This document shows positions 11,373-23,231 of a DNA stretch of 43,525 bases, piece by piece. The notes below the pieces were generated by a model. That model searched no databases and was not told where the DNA came from. It saw nothing but the letters and a program-made list of their open reading frames with translations. Every line of letters begins with the position of its first letter. Positions within the stretch are counted from its first letter, which is position 1. The position numbers and the translations under genes are program-made. Source of the stretch: Thraustochytrium aureum (taxonomy: Eukaryota); contig BLSG01000257.1 of the NCBI GenBank assembly GCA_012862495.1, forward strand, positions 115,577-159,101. The letters are read 5' to 3'.

Positions 11373-12820
11373 CCCGCCGCGCCGCGCTCACCCGTGTGCA
11401 CCGCCTCGACCTGCCAGGCGACCTGCGCCNNNNNNNNNNNNNNNNNNNNNNNNNNNNNNNNNNNNNNNNNNNNNNNNNNNNNNNNNNNNNNNNNNNNNNN
11501 NNNNNNNNNNNNNNNNNNNNNNNNNNNNNNNNNNNNNNNNNNNNNNNNNNNNNNNNNNNNNNNNNNNNNNNNNNNNNNNNNNNNNNNNNNNNNNNNNNNN
11601 NNNNNNNNNNNNNNNNNNNNNNNNNNNNNNNNNNNNNNNNNNNNNNNNNNNNNNNNNNNNNNNNNNNNNNNNNNNNNNNNNNNNNNNNNNNNNNNNNNNN
11701 NGCTGCTGCTGCTCGAGGGCGCAGACGCGGTGCCGGGATGTGCCCACCGACCGTGCAGCCCATCCCGGCGCTGCGCGGCACGCCTGTGGAGCTTGGCGAC
11801 GTGCGGGGCGGGCGGCAAGTGGACCCGGGGCGCAGGGCGGACGGGCTGGCTGCCCCTCGAGGGGGTACTGCTTCCGTTCTGCTGCTGTGCGCTCGCGCGA
11901 AGTGCGCCAGCTCGGCAGAGGCCTTCGCGGGAAAGTGAGTACTTACTCTGCTCTGCTCCTCACGGAGGGAGTAGTGCAGGGGATGGAGGAGGGCGAGAGG
12001 GCTCCCCAAACGCGTGGTGAAATCGCTTCGACGCCCTCGTCCTGCTCCGTCCCGCTTGTCACGGACGGATTCTGTTCTGGCGGCGCTGGGCGGCAAGCGA
12101 GAGGCGCCCGCACCGCGCCAACTTGGAGGCCTTGTTCGCCTGGACGCGCCAACTCGGAGGCCTCGGTCATCTGGACGCGCGGCGTGGGCTCGAGCTCGAG
12201 CTTCGTCGCGCGGTGCTCACCTGCGACCCGACCATCTCCGGAGGAATGGGCGCGCGCTCGCGACCGTGGTGTGCACCGGTTCTCCACAGCCGGAAGGAAA
12301 GCGTTCGGGTTTCGCTGCATTCGTTTCGCGCAGCGGGTGTGCTGCTGGGCCGGCGTGGCTCAACGGACAGATGCGGGCACTTTCGTACTTGTTTGGTGCT
12401 TGCTCTGAAAGGGAGCGCGTGAGCTCGAGCGCTTCGCCGCGTCCGCGCCGCTGGAGCGAGAGGCGTTGCGAGAGGCCGAGCGGAAAAGAGCGCCTTGAAC
12501 TTGCTTCGTTTTTGGCTGTGTCTTTGGGGTCGGCTCGGGCCTTTTTGGCTTCCGCTTGTGCGATCCAGTGGAGAGCCGCTCACTCTGGCATCTTTCATTG
12601 AGCTTTGAAAGGCCGGCCCTCCGGGCGCTAGACTGAATCGCCGAGCAGGGAGACGCAGACACGCTGCCGGCGCCCGCAGGGACAAGCGCTCGATCAACGC
12701 GATCGGCGTGGAACTGGTTGTAGACGTGGAGGACCGCGCGGCGAGCGAGTCTGTCGCGTCCACGCTGGAACAGCGCTGGACGAAAGCACTCGAGGCTCGT
12801 GCAAAGGCAAAAGGCGCAGG

Positions 12821-13753
12821 ATGGGTTCCGGGCTGAGCAACCTCGGCACAGTCTCCAGGACAACGCTGTACGACGAGGTGGTGCGAGAGTACAACAAGAT
12901 CAGGGCGGAGCACGAGAGCGCCATCCACAGCGGAGCAGTGTCCTCCGCGCGCCTGGCCGAAGTGAACACCTGCTTCGAGCAGCTTGGAGAAGAGTTCACG
13001 CAGTTCAAGTCGGTGTTCACCAAGACAACAGACAACTCGGAGGTTGTACAGCTTGCATTGGCCCTCAATGACAAGTACCGCGAGTACCGAGCCCTGAAAT
13101 CGCACTATGTTTTTGAAGTCGGCGACATTGTTCAGGTCCGTGATGACGAGATGCCCAGTTTGTTTATCGAGGGTGTCGTATTCGATGTAAAAGACATGAC
13201 TGTGCGCGTCAAGATCACCGACAGCGAAGCTGACCAGGATGCGCTGGTGTCCGACGCCACCGAGTGGCGCGAGATTCAAGTCGACAGCGATGACATCCGC
13301 AAGATACGCAGCTGGGACTTTCTCGAACGCGGGGACCGCGTCCGCGTCAAGGAGGGCTGCCTCTATTTTCAGGGAATCGTCGTTGGCGTCTCTGACGATG
13401 GCGAGCACGTCACGGTAGACTTTGCTTGTGAACACGACGCGCACAGCATCGAAGGTGCCTCGGACGACTCAAGCGACGAGGAAGAAGAATCCACCAAGAC
13501 AGTTCACCGCCAATTCGTGGAGAAGATCGACACCAGGCGGATTGCGATGATTCGCTTTAAAGACTATGTGCGACGCGTGCAAAAATCCATTCTCGTCACG
13601 AAAGCGTTTCGGGCAACGGCGATGGCACAGCTGCAACTCCCAGACGGACTCACTGTCGACAGCGCCAGACTCGGGGGCACGTCGCGAGACAAGCCGGCAA
13701 GCGCGAACGGCTCGCCAGCACCTGACGAAGTAAAGTGTTCTGAAGATGAATGA
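12821..13753 (+). CDS. Putative N-myristoylated protein with two Tudor/KOW/SH3-like beta-barrel repeats
   Basis: MGSGLS myristoylation consensus, a helical segment, then FEVGDIVQVRDD...IEGVVFDVKDMTVRV and LERGDRVRVKEG...FQGIVVGVSDDGEHVTVDF. Intact 310-aa ORF. Confidence 0.7.
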   Translation: MGSGLSNLGTVSRTTLYDEVVREYNKIRAEHESAIHSGAVSSARLAEVNTCFEQLGEEFTQFKSVFTKTTDNSEVVQLALALNDKYREYRALKSHYVFEVGDIVQVRDDEMPSLFIEGVVFDVKDMTVRVKITDSEADQDALVSDATEWREIQVDSDDIRKIRSWDFLERGDRVRVKEGCLYFQGIVVGVSDDGEHVTVDFACEHDAHSIEGASDDSSDEEEESTKTVHRQFVEKIDTRRIAMIRFKDYVRRVQKSILVTKAFRATAMAQLQLPDGLTVDSARLGGTSRDKPASANGSPAPDEVKCSEDE

Positions 13754-13763
13754 GGGGCGAGCT

Positions 13764-16700
13764 TTATCTTTTCTCCTTTCGCCCAGGTTTGGACTTGCGA
13801 GACTGCCGTTGTTCTTGTTTGCTTCGCAGTCGCCTCGGGGCGCCTCTCGAAGAAAGAGCGAGGCGGCTGGTCTTGCGAGCATCCTTAGGTGCTGGGCTTG
13901 AGCTTGAGCTGTCGGAGGCGGCGTCATCGCTTCCGTCTCTTGAGAACGGGCTGCGAAGGCCAGCTCGACTAGCCGGCTTGAGCACTGGCGCTGCGCTCGC
14001 ATCCTCCGCGGCGGAGTCATCGTCCGCGTCATTGGACGACGCTCNNNNNNNNNNNNNNNNNNNNNNNNNNNNNNNNNNNNNNNNNNNNNNNNNNNNNNNN
14101 NNNNNNNNNNNNNNNNNNNNNNNNNNNNNNNNNNNNNNNNNNNNNNNNNNNNNNNNNNNNNNNNNNNNNNNNNNNNNNNNNNNNNNNNNNNNNNNNNNNN
14201 NNNNNNNNNNNNNNNNNNNNNNNNNNNNNNNNNNNNNNNNNNNNNNNNNNNNNNNNNNNNNNNNNNNNNNNNNNNNNNNNNNNNNNNNNNNNNNNNNNNN
14301 NNNNNNNNNNNNNNNNNNNNNNNNNNNNNNNNNNNNNNNNNNNNNNNNNNNNNNNNNNNNNNNNNNNNNNNNNNNNNNNNNNCGCTCTTGCGAGTCGGCT
14401 TGGGCGCCACCGATTTCACTTCGCTTTCGCCGCGGAGTCGTCGCTTTCATCCTTGGACAGCGCGCGACGCCTCCTCTCGCGGACGTTAGCAAGGGCGGAA
14501 CCGTCGCTTGCGTTCTCCGAGGCGGAACCATCGCTATCAAACTTGGGCTCGGCGTTTGATTCCCTCTTCGCAGGCCTTGAACTCGAGGTATTGCTTGCTT
14601 CGTCGCCATCGCTTGCGCCTTCGGACAAGGCCCGACTGCCAGCCCTGCTCCCGCCCTTGCCGCGGGCCTCGCCTTCTGCTGGACTCCGGGGCTTGGCTGA
14701 ACCCGTAGGGACGACGAGAAAGCCAGCCTTGCGAGCAACCTCCAACATAGACCGCAGCAAGTCGCGCTGAGGAAGCTGCGTGTTGACAAAGTTGACGTTT
14801 TCCGTCGACAGCGTCTCGAGCCCGGTGAAGAACCGTGTTGCCCACCAATCGCGACCCTGGAGCTCTTCTCGAACGAGGTTGTCTGGTGCGCGCGCCAGCC
14901 TGCACCAGAGGTCCTCAGCCAAGTCCCAGTTGTGCGAGAGTACATCTTCGTGGCCAAGCGCTCGCGATTGCCCACCAACAAAGGCATCAAGCCCGCACCT
15001 GTCGACTGAGCGCGGATATGTCGCGCCACTGCTCGGCCCAGCTTGGCCGGGACCATCTCGTGGCTCTGATTCGTTGCTGCTCTCAGACGATTTGTGAGGC
15101 GAGTCAGGGAGATGTTCGCTCTTGTTGCTGTCTGCGCGCGGTCTTCGGTTTGGCGTTTGCGAGCTGGCGAGGGCGGCGTTTGACCCGCTCCCCGATTCTC
15201 CTTTATCTGTGAGGGTACTAGCGCTGCCGCCAAGTGACGCGGGCAACTGCTGTGCCGGCTGGTCGTGTCGACTGTCGACGATGCCACTGGTTCCACTTGG
15301 CGGCGAACGGTCCCTCTTGCGCCGTCGAACGCGCTCTGTCAACGACCTTGATGAGGATGCCGACGAGGAGGAGGAGGACGACGACGACGACGACGAGGAG
15401 GAGGAGGAAGAGGAGGAGGCTTGCGACTGGCCATCCGCTTGATCCAATTGAGGGTCAGAAAACGACACGTTTGGCACGCCCTCCTGCCTTCGATACCAGC
15501 CTGGAACGAACCATGTGTGGCAAACCAGGTCCGCGACGGCAGGGCACTGGTCGAACGTGAGGCAGTCGATGCTCGCCAGAAGCGCCTCAACCGACTCGTG
15601 CTGCGCGTCGAGGTTTTCTTCCAACAAGTCATGGATTCGCAACTGGAGCGGATCGCTCTGGAGTCGCTGCTTGCGCACAAATGCGAGGTTGGCGCGGGTC
15701 GTGTCAAACTTTTCCTCTTCGTCCTCGTCCGTCATGTCAAGCTGGATCTGCAAAAGGCGCTCCATCTGCGCGTACCCCGTGGGGTCGAACGGATTGGCTT
15801 CGCAATAGTTGCGCACCAGCTCGAAGACATCCGCGCCGCCCTTCTCCGCAGCGCGAGCGGCAGGTGCGCCCTTACCATCCGTGCCATTCAAGTAGCTGTC
15901 GTTGTCCGAGTCGGACGACAACCCGGACCAGGCGTCCGCCGCAAACGCTGCGACGCCGTCCGCTGCGACTGCGACAGTGGCTGCGACTGAGTCATGCGCT
16001 GGGCCGTGGACACGCCCACGCGCAAGATCACCTGCAAGTGAACGTCCACCAGACAGGTCAGGATCAAAGGGTTGGAAGGGCTGCGCTGCAGCGCCGTCTT
16101 CATCTCCTCCTCCGCCTCCTGCAGGGCGTGAAGCTTTTGCTGCTCGCCGTCCAGTTGCAGGGCCTGGCGAGCCCGCATGCACCCGAGAATGAGATGCGGC
16201 TCCCAGGCTTTGTCAAACGTTGAGAGGCCCAGGCTGTCGTTTAGAATGGCCGTCGCGCGTTCGTAACCATCATTCGCGAGAAGGAGTCGAACAGTCAGAA
16301 CAAGTGTACGGATCCGCAAGCGCACCCAAATCTTTGGGCCCCAGGCTTCGATGTGAACTTGGTATTTCGCGTGCGGTGCGCCCAAATCGACAAGCACTCT
16401 GCTGGAAATGCCTCCGAACCAGAACTCGCGTTTTGCAACTTCAGGTGTCAGCGATGCCGAAGAACAGTGCCCGTGAATGCGTCGGAGTTCGGTAGCCATC
16501 ACCGTGAGGAATTCCAGGCATTCGCCGACTCGGCCGGCATGGATGAGGCCTCGAGCGGTAGCGTCTATCGTTATCCCAACCGCGATATCTTCCCCGGCCC
16601 ACACCAGTTCGAGCACTCGAGGGAGGAGGGACGCCGCCACACGGCCTGCTTCTTTGAACCGCCCCCTCTCGAGCAGACCATGGGCTATGGCCGACAGGTC

Positions 16701-17121
16701 GCGGCTGCGGTTTACAACCGGAGGTATGTACGATCTGCCCATATTTTCCTTCCGCCCAGACCGGTAGGCGTCCTCCAGGACCTCGCGCGCCGTCTCCTTT
16801 GAGTCTCGCTCGCGGCACCACCTCCTGCGCAAAACCTCCGAGTTTAATTTTGTTGCGTTGGGGCCTTGCACGCGCAGAACCCAGTTGTCGTGCGCTAGAG
16901 CAGCGGCCCTGACAGTCTTGAACCTACCGATTGGCCACACCTTCAACCTGAAAGTGACAAACCCCTCGTATGGCGGCCCACCATCGTCTGGCGCACTCCG
17001 CACCCCATGCAGGCGAAACTTGGAGTAGTTTTCGGCGATCATCATCGCGTCTTGAAACGACTCCACGACCGCCGTCACCGCGTACCGCGTCCGGGGGTCG
17101 AAATAGACGATTTCACGCTCC
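13764..17121 (-). CDS. Large nuclear protein: AP2-like domain + TPR-like helical region + TAF1A (Pol I SL1 subunit)-like C-terminal motif; partial and frameshifted
   Basis: Frame is open from the gap at 17121. AP2-like segment HGVR...WPIGRFKTVRAAALAHDNWVLRVQGPNATKLN at ~16840-17018. ORF 15888..17078 continues into ORF 14416..16182 via a shift near 15920. The motif RDWWATRFF...EVARKAGFLVV is at ~14830. The basic/acidic tail may run past the gap to 13764, but the 3' end is uncertain (may stop at 14416). Confidence 0.55.
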
Positions 17122-17942
17122 NNNNNNNNNNNNNNNNNNNNNNNNNNNNNNNNNNNNNNNNNNNNNNNNNNNNNNNNNNNNNNNNNNNNNNNNNNNNNNN
17201 NNNNNNNNNNNNNNNNNNNNNNNNNNNNNNNNNNNNNNNNNNNNNNNNNNNNNNNNNNNNNNNNNNNNNNNNNNNNNNNNNNNNNNNNNNNNNNNNNNNN
17301 NNNNNNNNNNNNNNNNNNNNNNNNNNNNNNNNNNNNNNNNNNNNNNNNNNNNNNNNNNNNNNNNNNNNNNNNNNNNNNNNNNNNNNNNNNNNNNNNNNNN
17401 NNNNNNNNNNNNNNNNNNNNNNNNNNNNNNNNNNNNNNNNNNNNNNNNNNNNNNNNNNNNNNNNNNNNNNNNNNNNNNNNNNNNNNNNNNNNNNNNNNNN
17501 NNNNNNNNNNNNNNNNNNNNNNNNNNNNNNNNNNNNNNNNNNNNNNNNNNNNNNNNNNNNNNNNNNNNNNNNNNNNNNNNNNNNNNNNNNNNNNNNNNNN
17601 NNNNNNNNNNNNNNNNNNNNNNNNNNNNNNNNNNNNNNNNNNNNNNNNNNNNNNNNNNNNNNNNNNNNNNNNNNNNNNNNNNNNNNNNNNNNNNNNNNNN
17701 NNNNNNNNNNNNNNNNNNNNNNNNNNNNNNNNNNNNNNNNNNNNNNNNNNNNNNNNNNNNNNNNNNNNNNNNNNNNNNNNNNNNNNNNNNNNNNNNNNNN
17801 NNNNNNNNNNNNNNNNNNNNNNNNNNNNNNNNNNNNNNNNNNNNNNNNNNNNNNNNNNNNNNNNNNCAAGCCAAAAAGCTGGCCTCGCTGGCTGCGTCGA
17901 AACTGAGCAGAGTTGGGCCTGCCTCGGCCGGCGCCGTTGGTC

Positions 17943-18657
17943 TTATCTGGCGCCGGGGACGCCGGCGCCCTCGCCAGTCCGCTCGCCTCCGTTACGTGCG
18001 CCGCCTGCTGAGGAGACCCCGCCCGACGAAGCACCAGCCTGCTTGGAAGAGGCAGAGATGGCGGCCGACCTGCTCTTTCCGAGCTCGTCGATGGGGCTCC
18101 ATAGTTTGTCAAGCATGGCCATGCTCGCTGGGTTGTTATTCACCCAAAGGATGAACTTGGCGAGCTGTCGCGGAGTGAGGATCTTTTGCAGTTCCTTCAT
18201 CTCTTCCCCAAGCGCCTGGTTCTTCCGCTCCATGCGGCGTTTGAGGTCGTCGCACTCGCGCAACGTAAACCTGAGGTCCTTGGCCATCAGCCGCGCGTCG
18301 TTGCGGTGCTCCTTAATCTTCTCCCGTTGCTCTTTGCTTGCGCCGATTTCGCTCATGACGATGCCCCAGATCGAGCTCCCCCCCGCGACGAGGCCGGCCT
18401 CGCCAAAGGCGTCGTAAAACTCGTCCTCTTGGTGCAAGGACCACATGCACATCTTTGTGACCTGCGTTGGGAGCAGGAGGCGCTCCAGCTGCTCCATATG
18501 GCGCTGGATCGACCCGGTTCGCACCGCGCCGTAGTCGCTAAATTTTTTCACATAGGTTTCCAGCACACTCTGGAGCTCCTTGTCGCTGGCGTCGCGATTG
18601 ATCATCTGCTCGAGCTGCTGCGTGATCTCGAGTTTCTCCTGCGCATCGCGCTGCACC
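17943..18657 (-). CDS. C-terminal half of a stramenopile bZIP-type transcription factor (DOG1/TGA-like helical domain); 5' end in gap
   Basis: Clear coding frame with LLLPTQVTKMCMWSLHQEDEFY...ILTPRQLAKFILWVNNNP, which resembles the helical domain downstream of bZIPs. The bZIP itself is not visible. Confidence 0.6.
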
Positions 18658-19372
18658 NNNNNNNNNNNNNNNNNNNNNNNNNNNNNNNNNNNNNNNNNNN
18701 NNNNNNNNNNNNNNNNNNNNNNNNNNNNNNNNNNNNNNNNNNNNNNNNNNNNNNNNNNNNNNNNNNNNNNNNNNNNNNNNNNNNNNNNNNNNNNNNNNNN
18801 NNNNNNNNNNNNNNNNNNNNNNNNNNNNNNNNNNNNNNNNNNNNNNNNNNNNNNNNNNNNNNNNNNNNNNNNNNNNNNNNNNNNNNNNNNNNNNNNNNNN
18901 NNNNNNNNNNNNNNNNNNNNNNNNNNNNNNNNNNNNNNNNNNNNNNNNNNNNNNNNNNNNNNNNNNNNNNNNNNNNNNNNNNNNNNNNNNNNNNNNNNNN
19001 NNNNNNNNNNNNNNNNNNNNNNNNNNNNNNNNNNNNNNNNNNNNNNNNNNNNNNNNNNNNNNNNNNNNNNNNNNNNNNNNNNNNNNNNNNNNNNNNNNNN
19101 NNNNNNNNNNNNNNNNNNNNNNNNNNNNNNNNNNNNNNNNNNNNNNNNNNNNNNNNNNNNNNNNNNNNNNNNNNNNNNNNNNNNNNNNNNNNNNNNNNNN
19201 NNNNNNNNNNNNNNNNNNNNNNNNNNNNNNNNNNNNNNNNNNNNNNNNNNNNNNNNNNNNNNNNNNNNNNNNNNNNNNNNNNNNNNNNNNNNNNNNNNNN
19301 NNNNNNNNNNNNNTGCCAGGGGACTTCCATCCACGGTTTGGCGGCTGGCGTCGCCGCCTGTTGCGGCGCGGG

Positions 19373-20599
19373 ATGCTAGACCAAGAAGCCGACCTCGAAC
19401 TGGCGAGCCTGGAAACACGGCAAGAGACGCTGGCGGCCCACAGGCCTGCGCAGGATGAACAGAGCAGGATACCGCTGAGGGTCGGGACGGTGGCGGATTT
19501 GCTCGATGATATGGACCTCGTTGTGGAAGAGGTCGTGGCGTGGCGGCTTGACTCGGACGAGGCGCGAAAGGACTTGGTGCGGTTTCGGGACGACATGCTG
19601 GCGGCGGCGAGGGATGTCCGGGCGGCCCAGCCAGAACTCTGGACGCAGGATGCGGCAAAGAAACTGAACCTTGCACTCACAGCGTGCGAGCGACGGCTCT
19701 CGGGCCAGGTGACCGTCCTTGAGGACTCGATTTTCTGTAAGTCTGTCTCCATTTCCGCCTCGTCCTCCGAGGGCTTTGGCGGCTGACACTGCGCAGCTGG
19801 AGCGCTGGAGCCGGTGCTACGTGACGACCTTCGTCTTGAAAGCTTACAGAATACATTTTATCAGCACGAGATTGATGCCCAAGACTGCACGCGCGTGACG
19901 TTTGGGTGGATGTGCCTCGGCGTGTTTTGCTACGCGCCGTGGATCACCGCGGCGGTCGTCTCGCTCCGATTGTTCGACCAGAGCACGTGCGCGTCGAAGG
20001 ATTCCGAGTCCTTTGTAGTGTACGTTTGCGTGTTTTTGCTGGATGGCGCTTCCCCGCCGGACGCGCCCTGACTCGGCACTGCAGCGGGTTTGTCTACTTG
20101 CTGAGCCTGAACGCGCTCATTAGTTGGTGTGTTGCGTGCCTTCCCACAATCGACCGCGGCACAACATGGTGAGTCCCACGTGCGAAAGAGAGGCCAAAGG
20201 CGGCGCGGCCGTGTAATGAATGGCTCAACCTCTGCCTCTGCTGACGTGCGGCCTTGCTGTGTTAGGGTGAACGCAAGGGCATATTTGCTCGTGCGGGTCA
20301 TGGCGGTCGCCATCATGATCTACCACATATGGGGTCTGACGATCGTCTGGGCGCCCAGGTCGGACGTCTTTGACTGCGTAAGTTTGGGCAGTGTTCCTTT
20401 CCGACCCGCCAAGTTGGTGGCCGGCTCGGAATAAGCATGGATCACGGTCGCTCTCCATGCTGACAAGCTCGGGTGCGTCGCGCGTGCGCGGCTTCAGGAG
20501 CTTTCCGCGCTTATTCTGTCCATGGTGATTGTTTTCTTGGTTCTACCGTGCGTCTGCTTCCCTGTCCAGCTGTGGTTTGCAACCGGCAACACCGTGTAG
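19373..20599 (+). CDS. Five-exon hypothetical protein: N-terminal helical region + four TM helices
   Basis: Phase-consistent GT-AG introns at 19737-19796, 20020-20084, 20169-20265 and 20378-20497, each with a CTGAC branch site. The spliced ORF ends ...ELSALILSMVIVFLVLPCVCFPVQLWFATGNTV* at 20599. The start could lie further upstream in the gap. Confidence 0.7.
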
Positions 20600-20661
20600 C
20601 CCGTGCTGGAGCACGAGCACGAGCAAGAGCAAGAGCGGAGTGGTAGAGCACAAGATGCAAC

Positions 20662-20779
20662 ATTGCTTTGCAAGAGTATTGCTTTGCAAGAGTATTGCCT
20701 TGCAAGAGTATTGCTTTGCAAGAGTATTGCTTTGCAAGAGTATTGCTTTGCAAGAGTATTGCTTTGCAAGAGTATTGCT
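20662..20779. repeat. 16-bp minisatellite (ATTGCTTTGCAAGAGT) x ~7.4
   Basis: Near-perfect tandem copies with one substitution, between two convergent genes. Confidence 0.95.
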
Positions 20780-20791
20780 GAGTTTTCTGTT

Positions 20792-23231
20792 TCAACCAAC
20801 ATGTGCTGCCCAGTTCGCTGCAGGAGGACGGACGCTCAGGTCAGGTGGCCTTCGCCGGGACAACCGTGGCCCCGGTAGCTCCGTTATGTCTGTATTGGCA
20901 CTCCCACTCACACCTGCGCTTAGTTCGTGCAACACGGCCTGGACCTTGGGCACAAAAACAAGCAAGAGGACCGAAATGTCGCACAGGAAGATCACCGCGC
21001 TGCGGAGGGAACATGTTGGAGGTCGGGTTGTCAGAGGCGATGATCAAGATAGGGATCGCCAAAGAGTAGACCTGCAGCGTGCTCACCATCGCGATCGAGA
21101 CGTACTTGCCCTCGGAAAACGCGGTGTGAACATTGCGCGTTACGAAGGCAAAGTAGTTGCCAATGAAGAGCAGGGTGAAGTGGAAGGCGCCGAGGAGGCC
21201 GAGGAATACCGAAGACTGCTCCGAGTAGCAAGAGCCGACGCTCATCAGCGGCTGGCCGAACGCGTCGCGGTCGACGACCACACGCCGGAACTTTAGCGGC
21301 GCAAAGATCTGCCAGAGCGCCAAGATCGCGATGTCGATAGCTCCGCAGACGCCCATCATCGTGAAAAGCTGTTTGTTGGTGATGGCGACCTTGCGCAGCG
21401 ACTTGTTGTTGAAAATCTTCTTGACGCGAAAGATCTTGGTGGCCAAGCTGCTGTAGCTGAGAACGAACCCCATCGAGAACAGCCACACCGACAGCGAGCA
21501 TCCAATGTTGGCTGGCTCGTAGTTGCCGTTCAAGGCAATGTCGTTGGCGTAGTTGTAAAGCGTCGGGTCGGCCCCCGCGTCGTCGATGGTAACAAACACG
21601 ATGGCCGAGCTGGAAATCATGGCGCCAAACGCAACAAGGCTGAGAAACTTGGTCTGGCTCGCGCGGACAACCGGCTTGGACCTGTTGGCCCACGTCCAGA
21701 AGAAAAAGCCCGACCCGATGCACAGGTTGATCCCAAAAAGCATGTAGCAGACCCCTTTGATTCCAGGGAGCCTCCTGTCGTGCACAGGGATATCGACATC
21801 GACCACTGGGTCTGTTGACTCACCATTGAACTTGATTGGTGTTGGAAACGTCCACGCTTTTTGGGTGTTGTTGAACGATCCGATTTCCAGCACTGTCACC
21901 GTATCCTCGGTCAAAAACACGTTCGACATGCGATAGTTGGCCGTGTCGGTGGCGCGGTTCCCAATCGCGTCAAAGCGAACAGTGCCGCTGAGGCCTTCGA
22001 AATTCAGCGACCCCTTGGCGTTCCAGAACTTTGTCCCGAATTCCTCAGGGAGCGGTCCGGTTGGCGCGATCTTGCAGGCCATGAGCCCGACGGTTGCGAA
22101 CGCGTCGAACAAGTATGCTCCAAAGTCCATGGCCATCGATTCCTCCGCTTTGGTCGTGTTGAAAAGGTCCTCGGGCGACTGCCAGTGAGCCGGGAGGTAG
22201 TGGTTGATCTCGTCGGCAGTAAACGTGGGCCAACTCGTTTCGAAAGCCTTCCAGAGCGGATTCTCCTTCGTCCCACCAGCCGCCGCAATCCGAAGCGATC
22301 CGCTCACAGCGTAGCGGACGTCTTTATCAAGGTCGTCAAAGTTTTGGTTGGACATGGATTCCGAGAACATCCATGACCGCCCCTTGCCGACGATGCCGAG
22401 CTTGTATCCATGACTGAGGATCGTGCCTACTCCGCCGGATCCAACAACGAGAAAAACGTTGACTTTAGTGGCGGCCATTGCCTCAACTTGCGTTTTGATG
22501 GGCTCTTCGGTCTCGTTGCCGCCCGAGACGAATGGGAACGAAAACACCTGGATGGCCTCGTTGGCGCAGTACTTGATGATCGACTCCTTGTACGACTCCC
22601 CGTAGTTGTTGTTCAAGTAGATCATCGCGGCGTACCTCCAGCCTCGCCCCTTCCAGAACTGGCAGATGCTGAAGGCCACCGCGTCGTCACTCGCGATCGT
22701 GCGCATGAATCGCGGGCTTTCTTTGTCGTTGTCCAGCCTGGCGCTCGTAGACCCATAACTGATCTGGGGAATGTCGTACACGCCACTGATAAGCGAGGTC
22801 GGGATCGATGCTCCGGACGTTGCCGGCCCAACGATCACGTGCGGAAACCGCGGCCCACTCTGAAGCATCTCCAGCATTGCGCGAATGGAAGCCACAGGGC
22901 TCAGACCAGAGTCGTAGATGGTCACGTTGATCGTCTTGTCGCATCCACCGAGCTGGCCAAACGCTGGGGCAAAGCGTGGGTTGCGGCTGTTGAACTCGTC
23001 GATTGCCAGTAGGCCAGGGGCAGTCATCGCGTGAAAGCCCCCGTCTGAGAACATGCATCGCGGGGAGGTTTTATTGTCTTGGTAGAACGTCGCCCAACCG
23101 TCGCATTCTGCCTCGCTCTTGATCCCCGCGTCGCTCATCAGGGCCAAGAACGAAACCTGGATGTCGACGGCAACACATGCCTGGGCCGCGAACGACAGGG
23201 CCAAAGCGGCGAGCGCTCCATGGGTGCGCAT
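20792..23231 (-). CDS. Class C GPCR, GABA-B/metabotropic-like (Venus flytrap ANF-receptor domain + 7TM_3)
   Basis: Signal peptide (MRTHGALAALALSFAAQACVA), then IVGPATSGAS...IPQISYGSTSARLDNDKESPRFMRTIASD. 7TM motifs include KPVVRASQTKFL, KIFRVKKIF and AFSEGKYVSIAM. An extra G at 21007-21009 shifts TM7 into ORF 20792..20995. Confidence 0.9.

Noticed and set aside
8608..13444. Long antisense ORFs (8608..10557, 10167..12020, 10783..12408, 12167..13444)
   Set aside because: Shadow frames of GC3-rich real genes, some inflated by N runs.
20662..20779. CRISPR-like array
   Set aside because: The units abut with no spacers, there are no cas genes and the context is eukaryotic; it is a simple minisatellite.
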